Below are positions 26,016-38,929 of a stretch of DNA of 64,000 bases, piece after piece (within the stretch, counting starts at the first letter, position 1; the number at the start of each line of letters is the position of its first letter). The notes under the pieces are model-generated. The model saw nothing but the letters and a program-made list of their open reading frames with translations, was not told where the DNA came from and did no database searches. A program made the position numbers and the translations under genes. The stretch comes from Camelus dromedarius (taxonomy: Eukaryota): contig NC_087437.1 in NCBI RefSeq assembly GCF_036321535.1, forward strand, positions 44,766,001 to 44,830,000, read 5' to 3'.

Positions 26016-26352
26016 CAGATTCTTCTCTACTTGTATCTGTTTATCTTTTTTTCCTTTGGTTGAAATATAGTTGGTTTACAGTGTTGTGTTAGTTTCTGGT
26101 ATACAGCAAAGTGATTCAGTTATACACATATATATTCTTTTTCATTATGGATTATTACAAGATATTGAATATAGTTCCCTGTGCTATACAATAGGACCTT
26201 GTTGTTTATCTGTTTTCTATATAGTAATTTGGATCTGCTAATCCCAAACTCATTATTTATTGCCCCTGTTTCCCCTCTGGTAACCATAAGTTTTTTTTTT
26301 TTCTATGTCTGTGTGTCTGTTTCTGTTATGTAAGTAAGTTCATTTGTATCAT
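25965..26352 (-). mobile_element. Cetartiodactyl L1 3' end with a 36-nt poly(A) and a short extra segment
   Basis: L1 3'UTR at 26060-26352 and T36 at 25980-26015. Imperfect TSD atgYttggggtgKg at 25951-25964 and 26353-26366. Confidence 0.8.
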
Positions 26353-28017
26353 ATGCTTGGGGTGTGATTCCTTGTATAATGAAGAAAAATTAAAATTTTA
26401 AGCATGGAAACATTCTCACCAGATCTGCCGTTTAGAAAGGTGACTCCAGAAGTGAAACAAGCTAGAAAAGAATCACTGAGACCAGTTGGAGGACTACCGC
26501 TATGGCCCATACAAGAGAGTGAGAAGGCAGACCTAGAGCATTATAACAGGAATATGGAGCCAGTGTGGTTAGCATGAGTCACACAGCTTCCTCTGTATGA
26601 ACATGCCTGGCTTAGGCATACTTGCAGGTTCTGCTTCTCCATGCTGAGGTGGAGCTCAGTAAAGGATCCCAAAATCATAAAACATGTCTTCTGTTGCATA
26701 CCCTGTTAAGGAGAAACCCTTTCCCTTTCACGTTATCTCGCCTCCAAGCCCTCGTCAGAATCAGCAGGGACCTGATGCCAGTCATCTGCTCACGACATCC
26801 ATGCCGCCAGCTCCTCTGTTCTTTGTTTCTTCCTCCCTCAGTGAAGACTCTCTAGTGTCCTGTCTTCTAACTGCTGCTTAGGTATCTGAGTCATTTGTGC
26901 TACTCTAGACAAAGTATCTGAGAACCATCTTTCAATTAATGTGTTTGTTCAAATCTGCATTTGTTTTCTAAGCCTTTATTTCTGGGTGTAGATAGGGAAG
27001 ATTTTATTCCCATTAAAGAGAAAATGGATGCATCAGTAGGAAGTAGGGAAATTTTTTTTGAGGAAATCATGTTATGCGTGTATGTTTAATGCAGGTTGAA
27101 GACTTTGTTAGAGTAACTGGGGTTATCAGAAAAAAGAAAAAGATGGAAATTTGGAGGAAGGCAAAAGACAGGCTCATTTGCCTTCTTTTCTAAGTTAAGC
27201 ATAGGTCTTATCACTGTTTTATCCAGCCTCCTTTGTCTAACCTTCATTTGCTTCTCAGCCTGAAAACACCTGCAATGTCAAATGCTTGTTTTTCACCCAA
27301 ATGTTGTTTTAAACCAACATTTAATTATAATTCTGCAATATCGCCTCCCATTTTTGATATTGTGGGACAATAAATTGCAACCTATATTTTCTCTGTTTTA
27401 TAATAAATTATTAAATTATGAAACACATTACTAGAGCATCTTCTCAGGGTGAATAAAAGCATCACTTTATTTTAGAGTGTGGCCCTATTGCTTAGCATCT
27501 CTTGGTAAGAAAAAATCCAAAGGAAAGTTTATCCTCCCAAGGCTGGCAGGAGAGAGTGCTTACACTCAGGACCAGATTCTCCCATCCTGGAGCTTAACCA
27601 TCTGATCCCCTCAGTGAGTTTTATCAAACTGCTTCCTACACTGCCATTATACTTTATGTATCCTGGGAGGGGACAGAAGGAAAGGGCTGAAAAGTAACCG
27701 AAAAACAACAACAAAAAGCCTTGCAACTCCAAAGGGTACTGAGCTATTTCTTTTTAAAGTGCCAAATAATTTAAATCTGTTGAAGAATTCCTCAGAAATA
27801 CAAATTAATATTTCATGCCCCAGCACCTTGGTTAGAAGCAGGTACTCTAACTAGGATTTGGTGAAGTTTGCTTGAAAAGCAGAGCCATGGGAAGGAAAAA
27901 TCCTAATGTGTAGAGGATGAGTATTGTTTTCCCCTGTCTGATCGTCTGAGGAAGATCAGAGTAACTGTGAGATGTCTTTTTTCTTACACGAATGCTTCTT
28001 TGCTGCTGGGATATCAG

Positions 28018-28026
28018 AAAAAAAAA

Positions 28027-28057
<31 letters not shown>
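28018..28057. repeat. A18 + (GA)n compound microsatellite
   Basis: Read directly from the sequence. Confidence 0.9.
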
Positions 28058-29169
28058 AAGACAGTAACAAAAGGAGATCTTTTTTTGTCACATTCAGGAC
28101 AAAAATATTTTCTTTCAATGTAAATTCAGCTAAAATGTTCATAATATTTGAGGAATGACATTGCAGAACCCCTTACTGCTAAAGCCAGTGGATGTTCACT
28201 AACGGGTCTTCCCAGGAGGGCGAAGCATTGTGACATGGTGACAGAACAGATCACACTTCTGCTGTGTTTGAAGCCCACCTCTACATTCAGATACATGAAT
28301 GAACTGTGATAAATTTGTTCTTAATCCTTATAACAAATCGGCTCTACTCGAAACAAGTAGAATAGCGTAGGAAAAACGTCACCTGCTCCCATTCCTTCCT
28401 CCTGGCTTGGTTTCTCTCGCTGAAGTGTCAGAGAAGAGCAAAGCAATTTCAGGTCACTGCTTGCTTTCTCTGTAAACAACAAGTAGGTGGGCAGGGATGC
28501 TTAAATTTCAGCAGCATGTCTGGCTGTCTGGTGATTTTTCTGGGTCAGTGCATATCCTTAACATAAAATTTAACAAGCAATTGAGTTGTTTATATTGTTT
28601 TTTTGAAATGTCTTTCATGCCACACCAAGTGGGGAGAAGAGAGAAGAAGGCCACAAAAGCTGTTGAATTGCAGCTCACTCCATGAATATAAAAAGAAATT
28701 ATACAGAAGAGAGGAAGCAGGTGTATTGTAAAGTTCGGCTTCTTTTATGAGCATGAGGGAAAACTTCTGGCTTTAAGCCAAAGGTTTTTCAGCTGAGAGT
28801 TCCATGAAAAACTTAGGCCATATATTTTTTCAATTCCAGTGTTTTTATTTATAAAAATAATGCATGTGCATTATTGAAAAAATGGAAAGAAATAGAATAA
28901 AGAGAAAAAGATCTCTTATCACATATCCATTGTTAAATTTGATTGTGTTTTTCTCAGATGTTTTCTCAGTAATTTATGTGGATAACAGTAGTATGTATTT
29001 AATTTATAATTAGACTTTTTTCCTCCACTCTGCTAAAGTGTTTTTGTTGTTGTTGAAAATTTTCTTCCACTCATAACTTGAGAATTATACTTGTGTACTC
29101 TTTGATACAGTCATATATACACACCAAGTAGAACCTCATCTTTATTTTGTTGGCAAAGGTAATAGAGTC

Positions 29170-29654
29170 TGTCGACTGAATTAAAATCACACAACATGAG
29201 AGTTGTGGGTTAAGTTTTATTTGGGGCAAAATGAGGACTATAGCCTGGGAGACAGCATCCCAGAGAGCTCTGAGGAACTGCTCCAAAGAGGCAGGGGGGA
29301 GCTCAGTATCATACATGATCTCAGTGAAGGGGCACTTGCAGTCAAGCACACATTTAGGCTAGTCACGAAGAGCAGGTGTCACCATTAACGATTTTAGTGC
29401 TTTTCTAGATATGAGGAAACACAAGAATTTGGGCTCATAACATCTTCTGAAAATATCTAACTATCTGAAGGCCTGTTTAGCCAGTTTTCCCAGAGCACGG
29501 AGCGCCTCATTCCTGATCTCCACCCTGACCTCCTTTCAGGGAGTGCTGGAGGTCAGGGCTGCAGCAGCTCGTGATTTAATTTGAGCAGAGGTAGGTGGCA
29601 AGTGCCAACATGATTCAGTCCTTATGGAGGCAGATGACAGGGGCCCATTTGGCA
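29170..29654 (-). mobile_element. ERV1 solo LTR, MER41-like (laurasiatherian MER41 group)
   Basis: TG...CA termini, perfect 4-bp TSD agtc (29166-69, 29655-58), AATAAA on the minus strand near 29216. Motifs tgaggactatagcctgggagacagc..ctctgaggaactgctccaaagagg and aaatatctaactatctgaaggcctgtt. Confidence 0.85.
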
Positions 29655-31834
29655 AGTCTACAGAAATAAAGGCAGGATAGAAAGTTCAATGTATTATCTA
29701 ATAGTTTTTATTATGTATTACTTCCCACGATAAGAGAAAGTTGTTTGAAATGTTACAAAATCAGCTAACAGCTACCGTGGAATTCAAATTTGTTATAAAC
29801 TAGTATCTGTTAAATACCTGTAATTATGCCTTTCTTCTCAGTCACACCTCCACAAAGAGGGAAGAGGTGGACTCCCATTAAAAAAAGATTTTGTTAAAAG
29901 GTATCTTTTAAGGTCAGTCTTATGATGCTGATTTAATTGCTCTGGATGGAGCAGAGGCACCAGTAAATATGAATAGCTCTGTGGGTAATTCTAACAATGG
30001 TTAGAGCCAGAAAAGCCAGTGATATGTGTGTGGGTGGGGGGTGAAAGTACCAAATCTAAAATCTGAGAAATTTAGAATTTAAAGGAAGTTAGGTGTCCCA
30101 CATTAATTGAAAACTGAAGTGGGACAATGTTAAGGATTTTGCCCAGGGTCGCCATGTCAGTGTCAAAGCCCAGAGAGAGCATCCTGTCTTTGGATCCCCA
30201 TTGCTGCAGAAGGGGCAGCCTCTTCTGGGTCATGTCCTACAGATACTTTTCGGATTTTTGGTTACTGTTTATATGTTTCTGTTTTTCATTTAATGGGAGA
30301 TAATACTTTATAACCTCAGATTGTGGGCCATGAGGTAATTTACTAAAAATATCTTTTTTTTTTTATTAAAATCTTTTCTCCCTCTTAATCTGTTAAATAA
30401 GATGTATTGGTGCCATTTTCCCCTAAATCTACATTTCCCGTATTAAAAAAAAAACCCATAATACATAATTTCTTACAAGCAGTTCATCTGCAAAACGAGT
30501 CCCTTGCTCACTGCTTGATTTATTGAAAGGGAAACCCAAACGCATTCTATAAAGGAACAGAGAGCCTGCAGTGCAGACACAGAATTATTTTTGTTCTGCT
30601 TTTCTTTTTATCTTCTCTCCCAGTGTTTCTTTCTCCTTCATGCTTCCCCAGATTTTGGTATACCTCTTGAATGCAAAATAAGACCATCATTTAAGCATTC
30701 GAATAGCAGTCGTGTAGGAGAATGAAATTGTCTTTTAAATAAGTCTTTTAAACATAGGTTGATTAAATAATATTATAAATTTTATAATAAATTTAGTCAT
30801 GGAAATTCTAATGATCTTTTATTTTTCCATCACAAGTTTACTGAGTGTGTGCTTTATGCAAAGTGTAAGTTGCTTCCAGAGTGGCATAAAAGTAAAACTA
30901 GCAAATATTAACATTTTGCTACGATGCCTAACTTATCACTGTTGGGCACTGTTCATATCACTGACTCTTATTATTTCTAAAATATTTACTGCTGACGTGC
31001 ACCACTTTCCCTGGCATCGCCATAATATGTACCCACAAGAAGATAATCCTGTTGATCCAAAGCCTCATATAAGAAGGTTTTTCTGGTAGTGATGCCTGTT
31101 TGTCCTAAGCCATTTTTCTGTGTGGAGCCAGTTTCCCTTTTGGACAACAGTGCCTGTTTTCAAGATCACTAGCTAGGATGACAATAGAGACCCAGAAAGG
31201 AAATGTTTTCATTGACAAGCCTGTTAGTACACATGAGGTTGGCATCTGAGGTTGGCCTTGTGGTCACAATCTATCAGAGTTAACCAGTAGAGAAAAAAAA
31301 AAAGAATTTTCAAGAATTTTTCACATAACTAAAGACCTCTATTTAAAAATTAGAATGATTCCAGGAGAGAAAACATGGGAAAGATTTTCATTGAAGAAAG
31401 TCAATATGTATAGACATGACATCATCTTTATGAAAGAAATGGGGAGCATTCATATACTTTCCTTGCTTACCTTTGTCCTTACATGTGCCCAAGGGTATTT
31501 GTGTGCGCATGCTTCTTCCGTTTGAGGGAATACTGTTACAGGAAATACATTGCTAGCGTTTATGGTTTTATTATTCTCAGCTTTTCTTTTTTTTTTTTTT
31601 TAAATCTCATCAAAGTGAGTGGATTTAACAATGGGCAAAAATCTAGTTGCTGTACAGCGTGGCCGAGAGAACACGGACTTAGGTATTCCTGCACTCCCCC
31701 ATCTCCTTTTGTACTGCAGGCCATCTGCCGGCTTGTGTTGTGAATGACTGACCGTGTCAATGGGCAGTTTAGAAAAGTTACCTAGTGGTGGGAAATGGCA
31801 GTATGGCGACTGGAACAAGCACTTTTCTCTTCAC

Positions 31835-31992
31835 AAGGGCCTTAGAGTCTGTCCCTAGCTGTCCCACTACAAGCTCTCTTTTTATTGGGTAAATCAGTCA
31901 CCATCCTTATGCTCCCATTTCTTCAGATGTAAAAAGAGAGATTCTCCAGACTAATTCCTAACATCTTTTCCAGTTCTGAAATATCAATTCTA
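31835..31992 (+). mobile_element. MIR3/MIRc relic
   Basis: catttcttcagatgtaaaa...agactaattcctaa..tcttttccagttctgaaa. Confidence 0.55.
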
Positions 31993-32784
31993 AAGTTAAG
32001 ATGTGGAGCCAAAAAATAATGCCTAAAATTGTTAATAAATTTATATTTGTTAAATTTTCCTATCATCCATTTACCATGTTAGTGATTTAAACATACTTGT
32101 CTCATTTAATTTACAAACTGAAACACATAGAAGATCATCCAGTGGAAGCAGATTGTTATCAACTTTCCCTCCTTTCTTAGTAAATTAGGAAGTGAGGGTT
32201 GTTCTGCAGACAATATGCGATCTGATGGTGTATCATTATAGAAGAGGGGTAATTATATGGATAAAGACCAAAGTAGTCATTATTGAACTGGATTACATGT
32301 TTTGGACATTACTGAATGCAACTGTGTAAACAAAATTCTGTTACTGCAGTCAGGCTAACATAGGAAAGGAGCTTTGTTCTGTAGAAAATGATCTATGATG
32401 ACTTTTGCTGTAAACAGATTTTATCTTCACTTTTTGTTAGTGATAGTTTGCATTATTGAACTGTAATCATAAAAACATTTTGATGGTGTTTAAATCAAAT
32501 ATGGCTTCTTTCATGGCTATAACTGCTTTGTTGAACAAGTATCTTTTCCATCATACACTTATAAAAAAATTGTAAAAAAAAGCAATATTTTTCATTTTAT
32601 AACCACACTGTGGCCAGGACATAATTTATAAAAGTGGAAAATATATATATAGCTGAGTTTCTATTATATTTTTAGAGTGAGTTGATACAAACAATTTTGA
32701 AAAAAAAATCTTTCAAGTACCTTTGATAAAATCGTAGAATGTTAGAGCCGAGATGCCATTGAAATAACCTAATCAAACTTCCTC

Positions 32785-33130
32785 ACTCCCTGTTTAAAAC
32801 CTTAAAGCTGCCTCTTGATTATCTTCAGAATAAAATCCAAATACGTTGGCATTGTATTAAGATCTCCAGTGACTTTCCTTTATGTCACGTCCTTGTGCCT
32901 GGCCAACTCATCCTAGCCAGTTAACACCAAATTCTGAGAGTATCCAGCTACTGAGCAAGTTCTTCACCTGTCTGCTTTTGAACATGCTTTTCCCTTTGCT
33001 TCCAATATGCTAAATCCTCTTTCTTCCTAACTGCATCTTATCTTTCAAAATCGAGTGAAGAAAGCGCTTTCCCCAGGGTCCCTTCTCTGAACCCCCAATC
33101 CATCATTTGAAATTAGCATCCTGTGTATGT
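32785..33130 (+). mobile_element. L2 fragment
   Basis: actccctgtttaaaacctt...cagaataaaatccaaa...cttttgaacatgctttcccttt. Confidence 0.65.
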
Positions 33131-33839
33131 CTCTATTTTGTCATTTAGTTTGTTAAGTAAATTTTATTTCTTCATAAATGCATAAACAAACATACCATAT
33201 TTATATATCGCATATATACATAAATCTACTGTTGCTATATATATATATATGTATTTGCATACATATGTGTATATATCTTTCCAGATTGTGTGCATCAGTA
33301 AATTTTATTTATCTTCATTTCTCTCTCCACACGCAGACACAAACACATTCATACACATGTTTGCATACTTGCACCTTCATTTCTCTTCTTGTTTGTCTGT
33401 TTCTTAATCTTAATGGCTGTAATTTATTCTTTGTGCATGGGTAAGGAATAACCTGTAGCTCAATAAACATTTGTTTAACTGCTAGAGATGAGGGGAGAGA
33501 GCATGAAAATATTTGACATGTGCCCGTGGCCACACAGGGAGCTACAATAGTTTAAAAGAGCACCTAAAGCTCTTGTCTTTTTGCTTACTTGTCTTACAAT
33601 CCAGGATTTATTATTTGCTACTTTGAATTTTTAATTTGCAAGTAATGTATCAAAATTCTTTAAAATATTCAAGACATTTTTGAGGATTTAAAAACTCTTG
33701 TCTTTTCCCTTTCAGTATGGTATGTTTGATAATGTATAATTCTGATATTCAAATATATTAAGCTCAAACATGTATTTATTAATGTGTCTGAAGTCATACT
33801 AAGCACTGAGAATACAGAGTTAAGTAAGATACATTAATA

Positions 33840-34145
33840 TAGTAATAATAATAATAATAGTAGTAATAATAATGTGTTACTATTGAGCTACTGCTCTGTG
33901 CCACCTAAGTGTTTTGCTTGTTGGATTGTCTCATTTAATAATACTTAATATATAACTATTATTAATATATTTATTATTAACATATATGTTTTAAATATGT
34001 GGCTATAATAATAATAGTATACAATAATACTGAGTGCATTATGTCAAGATTTCGATAATACTCCTAAGAAACAATGTCAGAGAGTTAAAGTGCCTGTTCA
34101 GAGTCACCACAGTAACTAGCAGAGGCAGAATTCAAACCTAGGTTC
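33840..34145 (-). mobile_element. MIR relic with (AAT)n tail
   Basis: ctattgagc..ctctgtgcca...tctcatttaat...agagagttaaagtgcctgttcagagtcac...agaattcaaacctagg. Confidence 0.65.
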
Positions 34146-34165
34146 AAAAATTATTATACTATTTA

Positions 34166-34327
34166 GAGGGAAGGAAGGTATAGCTCAGTGGTAGAGAGTA
34201 TGCTTAACAAGCACGAGGTCCTGGGTTCAATCCCCAGTACCTCCATAAAAAGTAAATACATAAATAACCTAATTACCTCCTCCCCCCCAAAAAAAAATCT
34301 AAAAAAAAAAAAAAGAAAGAAACAAAA
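34166..34327 (+). mobile_element. Camelid Vic-1-type tRNA(Ala)-derived SINE
   Basis: ggaaggtatagctcagtggtagag (A box 34181-34191), ggttcaatcc (B box 34224-34233), cccagtacctcca, aaataacctaattacctcc..cccc tail, poly(A), flanking ctattta repeat. Confidence 0.88.
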
Positions 34328-36784
34328 TTCCTATTTAACTTAATATACCTTGCTGCCTATATTGAGAGGTTGATGAGAATTACTGCTGCAGCCCTTCAGA
34401 TTTGGTTATTCTATCAAATCACAATGGAATAACTTAATAATTGTGCTAATAATTGTGATATGGTACTTTGATTAAAATTTTCCTCAAAGGCAAATAATAA
34501 ATAATCTAAAGTGAAATTAAATGTGAACATTTAACTTTCCTAAAAATACCTTATAAATGTGAAATTTGCTAAATGATGAATATAAATAACTTAGGGAGGA
34601 TTCAGTCACTTATAAAATATTGGTCATAAATCTAGAAAAAAACTCACAATTTTTCTTTTTTTCCAATTTGAATCTCCTTTCAGTTGATTCATAAATCAAT
34701 TAATTACCATCAAGTGACCTGAGGGCAGCTGGAAATTGGGTCCAAATTAAAAAGAAAAGAGAGGCAATTTATTTTAAGTTTGAAAGTTTAATGTTCAGTC
34801 GAAGTTTAATCAGAAGTGATCCATTGTTTGAAAAGTGGGAACATCAGTGTTTTTTTTTTTTAATTTCACTGTCTTTAAATGAGGACAGAGGAAAATTAAG
34901 ATAACTGATTATTCTCAAATGATAATTAAGAAAAGATGCTATCACAAATGAACCAAAAGCATATTTTCTTTCTTTATATTTTAGTTCACAAAGGAAATAG
35001 TCTATTCTGTGTTGGGAGTTGGATAATTTTTTGGTCGAGCTTAGAATAGTCTTTAGAGACTCAATAAGAGACAAACATAGCTTACATGTTGTATCCACTG
35101 GGGCTAAAATAGTAGCTCTTCTCTTATTCAGTTAAATGGAATTTTTGCTTTAGTAAATTGCAGAATTAATTTAGTGTCTTTATTGATTTCCAAATGAATA
35201 AATGGAATGAATGATTAAAATGAATGCATTTTGCTGAAGGAAAACGATGCCTCCAACTAAAGATATTCCAGAAATCATTTTCAGTCCTTGAAATTAAATC
35301 TACCTATGCTCCCTGGGATACATGAGGAAATAAAGACTTTCATTAAGTCTTTAGTAAGTAGTAACAGGAATAGAAATACATAATTTGCCCAAGGTTATCT
35401 GACTGTATTAATGTGAAGTCATTCATATGTTGTTAAATGGAAGACTGATGGCGTGGGCTAGCAGAAAGGAAGAGGGGAGGTGGGCTGGGAGGGATTTAAA
35501 TTGCTACTTGTTTCCAGAATTGTGCTCCTCTGGTTTTGCCACAATTTAACCCACATCAGGCTTTGCATTTGGCCAAAAAAAAAAAAAAAAAAAGGATTTT
35601 AAACTTATAAGAGTAGTATAATGAATGGCAAAATTTCAGATAGGCTAATTTTCCAGGTTTAATTTCACCCAGATTATGGAAGAGATTATAAAGGTAATCT
35701 CTTTCTATTTCTAGCAAAAGGACTTTGAAGGACTACAGTCTCTCTCCCAGGATTTGAATAATGTATTTGTTTCTTCTTAACCTGATGGTTAGCTTCTTTT
35801 GCCCTTAACTCGAAGACTTTTAAATCCCTCATTTCTTTCACAGTTGATTAAACACAGTCCTGAGAAATGCATTTACTGACTGTTCAACAGAAAACTTTTC
35901 AGGGGGCTAACAGGCTCTGACCTCCAAGAAATGATGTGTTAAATTGACTTGAGACCTTACCAGAGAGACCAGGTTTTCCTCAAAACCGTATTAACATTTG
36001 TACTCCTAAGTATTGAGAAATCTTCTCTCCCTCCAAGATCTGAGAATATCAGTTTTCTTTTTCTACCTCGCAAGTTATTTGTGTGTGTCCTGAATTTACA
36101 GTGATACGCAGAATGGTAATTGTGTCACGATGCTGTTAGGTGCCATGGCCTACCTCCGAGAGTAGTCGGCATGCCCCGGGAGAGCTGAACCAGCTCTGTC
36201 TGAAATAAGTTAGTAGAGTTGAGAAATAGCTGCTGCTCTGAGCTCTTGAGTGGCTTTCTCTCGTCCATAGCGTCTCCTCCTGGAGCCTTCTGCAGGACTC
36301 CAGCTGACTGGCTGTGAGGTTTAATCATCTGTTAGCACATGGCTGATACTTTGAGAACTGCCTGTCCCCCAAAAGAAAGGAGGCAAGCTCAGGAGAACAG
36401 AGTGCTCGGCTAATTCACTGACTTGAGGTTATGGTACTGCCTCCTTTACTTCATGGTTATTTAAACTTCGTAGGAAAATGGAAATAACATCTCTGTTGCC
36501 TAACTCAGTATAAGTACCCAAAATATTTGTGGGTGTTCTAGTTTCATATAGTCTATTGAAAAAAATTAAAATATGATAGCATAGAGCATGAATTTAAAAT
36601 TACTGAGAAAAAGATGAGTTTACAAGCTAAGAGAAGTTCAGGGCAATCAAAGATTCTAAAGTACATTACACGCAGATGTGTATTTTATTCATATTTGAAA
36701 TTTATACAAGGTGAACATGATTTCATTTTTCCTTACCTGCAAGGACTCTCAAAAATATGTTAAATCAATATTAAAATTTGTAGG

Positions 36785-36985
36785 CAGTATATTTTTATAA
36801 TGGTTAAGAACATAGATACCGCCTGAATTCATTTCCCAGCTTTACTGCTTAGGCAAAATACTTAAACTCACTGTGACTCAGTTTCTTCATCTGTAAAGTG
36901 GGATAATGATAGTATCTACTTAATAAGGATTTTATGAGGACTAATTGAACTAATATCTGCTGTGTGCTCTATTAGGATTAGATAT
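36785..36985 (+). mobile_element. MIR
   Basis: tggttaagaaca...ctcagtttcttcatctgtaaagtgggataatgatagtatctac. Confidence 0.8.
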
Positions 36986-38929
36986 TATTTATAATACATA
37001 AAGCATCTTTTTCAGTGCATGTTATAGAACTCAAGGATTGACATAAATTCCTATATTTACAGTATAAGTATAGTTTTTGTTTTTTTTTTTTTTACTTTAG
37101 GGAAGATCTGTATGTAAATATATGTCTTTTGTTTACCAGTGATTCTCAAGGGGAGTATGATACCTCCACATCCCTCCTTAATCCTTCATCCACAAGAGTA
37201 GGCATGCCAGAATCTCTGAAACGATGAAGATGTTTAATACGTATTTTAAAATGATACTTGGTTTAAAAATATTTAGGAACTCTGGCTTAAGTTACAACAC
37301 ATCTTTTGTGATCAAATTATATTCAAGTGTCAAGGGTGTTATGACCTTTTGCTAAACAGTATTTAGCATATATACTGGAAATTCTGTTAAGCTTCCCACC
37401 AATCAGGAAATCTGTACTATCTCGACATTTTGGTGTGTAGATAGTACTTCTGTAGAAAAGTGTTCCAGGTAAGTGGTTTAGTTGTTCTTATTGTTTAGAA
37501 GTTGTGAAAGTGCCTCCTTCCCTTTTTAGGCTTTGTGTCATTGAAATAGTAGAATTGTAGAGTTGGCTACAGTGTCATAAATGTAAGTGCGTGTATGTCA
37601 CTTAACTGACCAAAGCTGAAATTTCAGGTCTAGAAAGTGTAGGCCAGAAAGAGAAGGGAAAGAATGTGTCTGTATCTCTGTTCACTCAACAGGTACCATC
37701 AAACTGCTCAGTGCCACCAAAATATTAACTAAAGGCATTTATTATAACAGTGCCTTAATTTGTGACATATTCTGTCTGCTAAGAGCATCTTTTATTGTTT
37801 ATTTGTTGCTATAGTTTAACTTTCCCTGCCTCCTGATCTGCCTAGAAAGCGTGATGTAAAAAAACAACAAAATAAAACATAAACACAGACTTTTTAACTA
37901 ATGGTATGTGGTGTGTATTTATTAATATGTAAGACAAGCACACATTCAATGATTAAGGGAGGAAAGAAGGCAAAATATGTAGAGGAGATTAGCTTGAAAA
38001 AAGTCTAAAATATGAAGACTGGATCTTTTAAAAGTATTTTGTTGACACGTAAGAACTTTTAGGCTAAAAATAAATCATGGTTTCATTGGAATAATTCACA
38101 TTTTTAAGACTTTATAACAATTATTATCCCCATCTCAAAAGTACTTTACAAGAAAAGGCAAAATGATTAAGAAACATACACAGAGCCAATATTTAGTGTT
38201 GGTTTTCTAATAGACATTGTGTGACTTTGCAAAAGTTATTTAATCATTTGAATTTTCCATGTTTCGCTTTGTATATTTGGGTTAAATTAAGGTTTCTAAT
38301 GTCTCATCCTGGTCTCAAATTAGGATGCTAGATCAATATGAATAGAACTATAAAGGTGCCTTGAATATTGTCAATAAAGCCAATGCTATGGACCTTCCTA
38401 GATGTGGAAAAATAATTGAAATGAAAAAAATGAGTGAATTCAGAAAATAATGTCCTAATGTTCCATATGTGACCCTTGGATGGTTATACTTCTGTTTAAA
38501 CTCCACATTATCTCAGATCTGTTTTACTTTGAGTAGTGATGAGAATGTCATGTTTCAAAAATTATGGCTCTAATTACCTTTTTCCTCAGCCCAGCATGTT
38601 TGAATGTCAGTGCCATTCAAAGCTTGCAAGTGTTTTAATTTCGTATATTAAATTTAAGTATTGATGTGTATATTCTCTGGTTGCAGAATGAAAAATACTG
38701 CAATGAGGAAAGTGCATGTGGGACATTTTAGATTCAATTGTATTTGGTCTAAGTAGGGAGTCTGTGATTATATCCTTTAAACTGTGCGTAGTGTTCATGC
38801 TGCTTGTGTCAACTAAGACTTGGAGGGAACTGGAAAAAGAGTTGGAAATCATCCTTTCTTAAATTCAAAAGCACAGGATCTTAGGCTATGAGCAACTTTG
38901 GCAGTAAGGAGGAGATGTGGCTCAGGAAT

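Larger units (their letters stand above)
24135..26545 (-). mobile_element. L2 fragment (24135-24490, resuming ~26400-26545) hosting nested L1s
   Basis: ttgagctgggcttta..gga, ggccaaactctgaagggcct...gaatttaggacttaattc, then resumes as agatctg..tttagaaaggtgactc...gagaccagttggagg. Confidence 0.6.

Noticed and set aside
34168..34245. tRNA-like cloverleaf
   Set aside because: Head of a SINE, with a degenerate anticodon arm, SINE tail and poly(A). Not a tRNA gene.
35331..35353. 9-bp inverted repeat taaagactt/aagtcttta (similar ones near 4561 and 53821)
   Set aside because: Short AT-rich stems are expected by chance and are too small for a pre-miRNA.
37466..37474. Perfect CAG|GTAAGT donor or recursive-splice-like site
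   Set aside because: Weak upstream polypyrimidine tract, and one such 9-mer in 64 kb is compatible with chance.
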